64,000 bases of DNA, from assembly GCA_046289925.1 (NCBI GenBank), contig JBKBUN010000001.1, forward strand, positions 10,199-74,198, in the 5' to 3' direction. The notes beneath the pieces are model-generated. The model made no database searches. It saw nothing but the letters and a program-made list of their open reading frames with translations, and was not told the DNA's origin. Positions 60,942 through 64,000 of this stretch are shown here, in pieces. Origin of the DNA: Burkholderiaceae bacterium. GTDB lineage: Bacteria > Pseudomonadota > Gammaproteobacteria > Burkholderiales > Burkholderiaceae_C. Every line of letters starts with the position of its first letter. Position 1 is the stretch's first letter. The position numbers were made by a program, and so were the translations under genes.

Positions 60942-63900
60942 GTGGCCAAGTTCTTCATCGAGCGCCCCATCTTTGCCTGGGTGATTGCGCTGTTCATCAT
61001 GGTGCTGGGCGCAGTGTCCATCACCCAACTGCCGATTGCGCAGTACCCGCCGGTTGCGCCGCCGTCCATCGTCATCAACGCAGCCTACCCTGGCGCGTCG
61101 GCCCAGACGCTGGAAGACAGCGTGCTGTCCGTCATCGAGCGCGAGATGAACGGATCGCCGGGTCTGATTTACATGGAATCGGTGGCCCAGGCCGACGGCT
61201 CGGGCAGCATCACGCTGAGCTTTCAGCCCGGCACCAACGCCGACCTGGCCCAGGTGGACGTGCAGAACCGCCTCTCGCGCGCATCGCCCCGCCTGCCTGC
61301 GGCCGTGACACAGCAGGGCGTGCGCGTGGACAAGGCGCGCAGCAACTTCTTGCTGTTCACCATGCTGTCGTCCACCGACCCCAAGACCAACACGGTGGCG
61401 CTGGGCGACTACGCGGCGCGCAACGTGGTGCCCGAGCTGCAGCGCCTGCCCGGCATCGGCCAGGTGCAGTTGTTCGGATCCGAGCGGGCCATGCGCATTT
61501 GGCTGGATCCGGCCAAGCTCAACGGTTTTCGCCTGTCGTCGGCCGAAGTGATTGCCGCCATCCGCGCGCAGAACGCGCAGGTGGCCAGCGGTGCCATTGG
61601 CGATCTGCCCAACATCGCCGGCCAGGGCATTGCGGCCACGGTGGTGGTCAAGGGCCAGCTCTCCAGCGTGGAAGAGTTTGGCAACATCGTGCTGCGCGCC
61701 AGCAGCACGGGCGCCACCGTGCGCCTGCGCGACGTGGCCCGCATCGAACTCGGCGGCCAGGCCTATGCCACCGCCGCGCGCCTGAACGGCACACCCGCCG
61801 TGGGCATTGGCGTGCAGCTTGCGCCCAGCGGCAACGCGCTCGAAGCCGCCAAGGCCGTGCGCGCCAAGATGGGCGAGCTGTCGCGCTTCTTCCCGGCGGG
61901 CATGGATTGGACGATTCCGTACGACAGCTCGCGCTTCATCGACATCTCGATCACGCAGGTGGCCAAGACCTTGCTCGAAGCCGTGGTGCTGGTGTTTCTG
62001 GTGATGTTCCTGTTCCTGCAGAACTGGCGCTACACGGTCATTCCGACCATCGTGGTGCCCATTGCGCTGCTGGGCACATTTGCCACGCTGCTCGCGCTGG
62101 GCTTTTCGATCAACGTACTGACCATGTTCGGCATGGTGCTGGTCATCGGCATCGTGGTGGACGACGCCATCGTGGTGGTCGAGAACGTCGAGCGCATCAT
62201 GACCGAAGAAGGCCTGTCGCCGCGCGAGGCGACGCGCAAGGCCATGCGGCAAATCTCCGGCGCGATCATCGGCGTGACGGTGGTGCTGGTGTCGGTGTTC
62301 GTGCCGCTGGCGTTTTTCTCGGGCTCCACGGGCAATATCTACCGTCAGTTTGCAGCGGTGATGGTGGCGTCCATCGCGTTCTCGGCCTTCATGGCGCTGT
62401 CGCTCACGCCTGCGCTGTGCGCCACGCTGCTCAAGCCCGCGCCGGCCGGGCACCACGAGCGCAAGGGTTTCTTCGGCCGCTTCAACCGCGGATTCGCAAG
62501 CGCCACCCAGCGCTACGAAGGCTGGGTGGCGCGGCTGCTGCACCGCGCGGGCCGCACGCTCATCGTGTACGCGGCCATCGTGGGCGCGGCTGTGGTGCTC
62601 TACCAGCGCCTGCCCACCTCGTTCTTGCCGTCTGAAGACCAGGGCAACCTGATCGTGAACGTGCAACTGCCCCCGGGCGCCACCCAAGAGCGCACCCTGG
62701 CCGTGATGCAGCAGGTGGAAGGCTTCATGCTCGCGCAGCCCGAAGTACAGAGCATGGTGGGCGTGCTGGGCTTCAGCTTCTCGGGCCAGGGGCAGAACGC
62801 GGCGCTTGCGTTCGTCACGCTCAAGGACTGGGCGCAGCGCCAGGGGCCAGGCCAGAGCGCCCAGGCCGTGGCGCAGCGGGCCTTTGGCGCGCTCATGGGC
62901 GTGCGCGATGCGTTCATCTTCCCGCTGAGCCCGCCGCCCATTCCCGAGCTGGGCAACGCCAGCGGCTTCAGCTTCCGCCTGCAAGACCGCGGCGGCCTGG
63001 GCCACGACGCGTTGATCAACGCACGCAACCAATTGCTGGGCATGGCCAGCAAGAGCCCGGTGCTCGCCCAAGTGCGCCCCGACGGTCTGGAAGACGCACC
63101 GCAGCTGCGCATCGACATCGACCGCGACAAGGCCGCGGCGCTGGGCGTGACGTTTGACGCGATCAACAGCGCGCTCTCGACCGCGCTGGGCTCCAGCTAT
63201 GTCAACGACTTCCCCAACCGCGGGCGCCTGCAGCGCGTGATCGTGCAGGCCGATGCGCCCGCACGCATGCAGCCCGACGACCTGCTGCGCATCGACGCCG
63301 TCAACAGCCAGGGCAAGCCCGTGCCGCTGTCGGCCTTTGCGACCACCCAGTGGGTCAAGGGCGCGCAGCAAACGGTGCGCTACAACGGCTATCCGGCCAT
63401 CCGCATCTCCGGCGCTCCAGCACCGGGCTACAGCACAGGCGCGGCCATGGCCGAGATGGAACGCCTGGCCGCACAGCTGCCGCAAGGCTTCGGCTACGAA
63501 TGGACCGGCCAGTCGCGCGAAGAGAAGCTGGCGGGTGCGCAGTCGCTCATCTTGTATGGCTTTGCAGTGCTGGCGGTGTTCCTGTGCCTGGCAGCGCTGT
63601 ATGAGAGCTGGTCGATTCCGCTGGCCGTGATCCTGGTGGTGCCGCTGGGCGTGCTGGGCGTGCTGCTGGCCACGCTGTTGCGCGGTTATTCCAATGATGT
63701 GTATTTCCAGGTCGGGCTGATCACCATCATCGGGCTGTCGGCCAAGAACGCCATCCTGATCATCGAGTTCGCGAAAGACCTGCATGCACAAGGCAGGAGC
63801 CTGGTCGACGCCGCACTCGAAGCCGCGCACCTGCGCTTTCGCCCGATCGTCATGACCTCGCTGGCCTTCGGCCTGGGCGTGGTGCCACTGGCCATTGCCA

Positions 63901-64000
63901 CGGGTGCGGGCTCGGCCAGCCAGCGTGCGATTGGCACGGGCGTGCTGGGCGGGATGATCACCGGCACCGTGCTGGCCGTGTTCTTCGTGCCGGCGTTCTT
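60942..64000 (+). CDS. acrB: RND efflux transporter, 3' end outside window
   Basis: GTG start, AKFFIERPIFAWVIA, GIVVDDAIVVVENVER, AKNAILIIEFAK. Confidence 0.95.
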   Translation, partial: MAKFFIERPIFAWVIALFIMVLGAVSITQLPIAQYPPVAPPSIVINAAYPGASAQTLEDSVLSVIEREMNGSPGLIYMESVAQADGSGSITLSFQPGTNADLAQVDVQNRLSRASPRLPAAVTQQGVRVDKARSNFLLFTMLSSTDPKTNTVALGDYAARNVVPELQRLPGIGQVQLFGSERAMRIWLDPAKLNGFRLSSAEVIAAIRAQNAQVASGAIGDLPNIAGQGIAATVVVKGQLSSVEEFGNIVLRASSTGATVRLRDVARIELGGQAYATAARLNGTPAVGIGVQLAPSGNALEAAKAVRAKMGELSRFFPAGMDWTIPYDSSRFIDISITQVAKTLLEAVVLVFLVMFLFLQNWRYTVIPTIVVPIALLGTFATLLALGFSINVLTMFGMVLVIGIVVDDAIVVVENVERIMTEEGLSPREATRKAMRQISGAIIGVTVVLVSVFVPLAFFSGSTGNIYRQFAAVMVASIAFSAFMALSLTPALCATLLKPAPAGHHERKGFFGRFNRGFASATQRYEGWVARLLHRAGRTLIVYAAIVGAAVVLYQRLPTSFLPSEDQGNLIVNVQLPPGATQERTLAVMQQVEGFMLAQPEVQSMVGVLGFSFSGQGQNAALAFVTLKDWAQRQGPGQSAQAVAQRAFGALMGVRDAFIFPLSPPPIPELGNASGFSFRLQDRGGLGHDALINARNQLLGMASKSPVLAQVRPDGLEDAPQLRIDIDRDKAAALGVTFDAINSALSTALGSSYVNDFPNRGRLQRVIVQADAPARMQPDDLLRIDAVNSQGKPVPLSAFATTQWVKGAQQTVRYNGYPAIRISGAPAPGYSTGAAMAEMERLAAQLPQGFGYEWTGQSREEKLAGAQSLILYGFAVLAVFLCLAALYESWSIPLAVILVVPLGVLGVLLATLLRGYSNDVYFQVGLITIIGLSAKNAILIIEFAKDLHAQGRSLVDAALEAAHLRFRPIVMTSLAFGLGVVPLAIATGAGSASQRAIGTGVLGGMITGTVLAVFFVPAF

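Noticed and set aside
60711-63830. 1039-aa minus-strand ORF
   Set aside because: Antisense shadow of acrB

Overview
GC-rich betaproteobacterial chromosome segment; gene content and intergenic repeats point to Comamonadaceae/Acidovorax-like (inference). In order: (1) 1-17.4 kb housekeeping and lipid genes: ATM1-like ABC exporter, hotdog thioesterases, bactofilin, a beta-oxidation operon led by a TetR regulator with a palindromic operator, slmA, a two-component pair and argB. (2) 17.4-49.3 kb, a ~32 kb cell-surface locus: WecA-like initiator, GT2, a methyltransferase/coiled-coil/double-glycosyltransferase fusion, three more methyltransferases, Wzm/Wzt, a periplasmic PPIase, an Ala/Thr-rich exported protein that looks like an S-layer subunit, a lipoprotein, a full Xps-order type II secretion operon (EFGHIJKLM-N/C-D), a GH42-like protein and rmlBDAC. 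This is the best candidate for an undescribed system: a dedicated S-layer secretion plus capped-rhamnan glycan module. (3) 49.4-64 kb: fatty acyl-CoA reductase, PhaF/PhaD-like genes, a decayed sulfur module, tRNA-Arg(CCG) and AcrR-AcrAB. Several families of palindromic non-coding repeats are present, and one copy appears to sit in frame inside a histidine kinase gene. Product calls come from motif recognition only; no database searches were run, and start codons were picked by eye.
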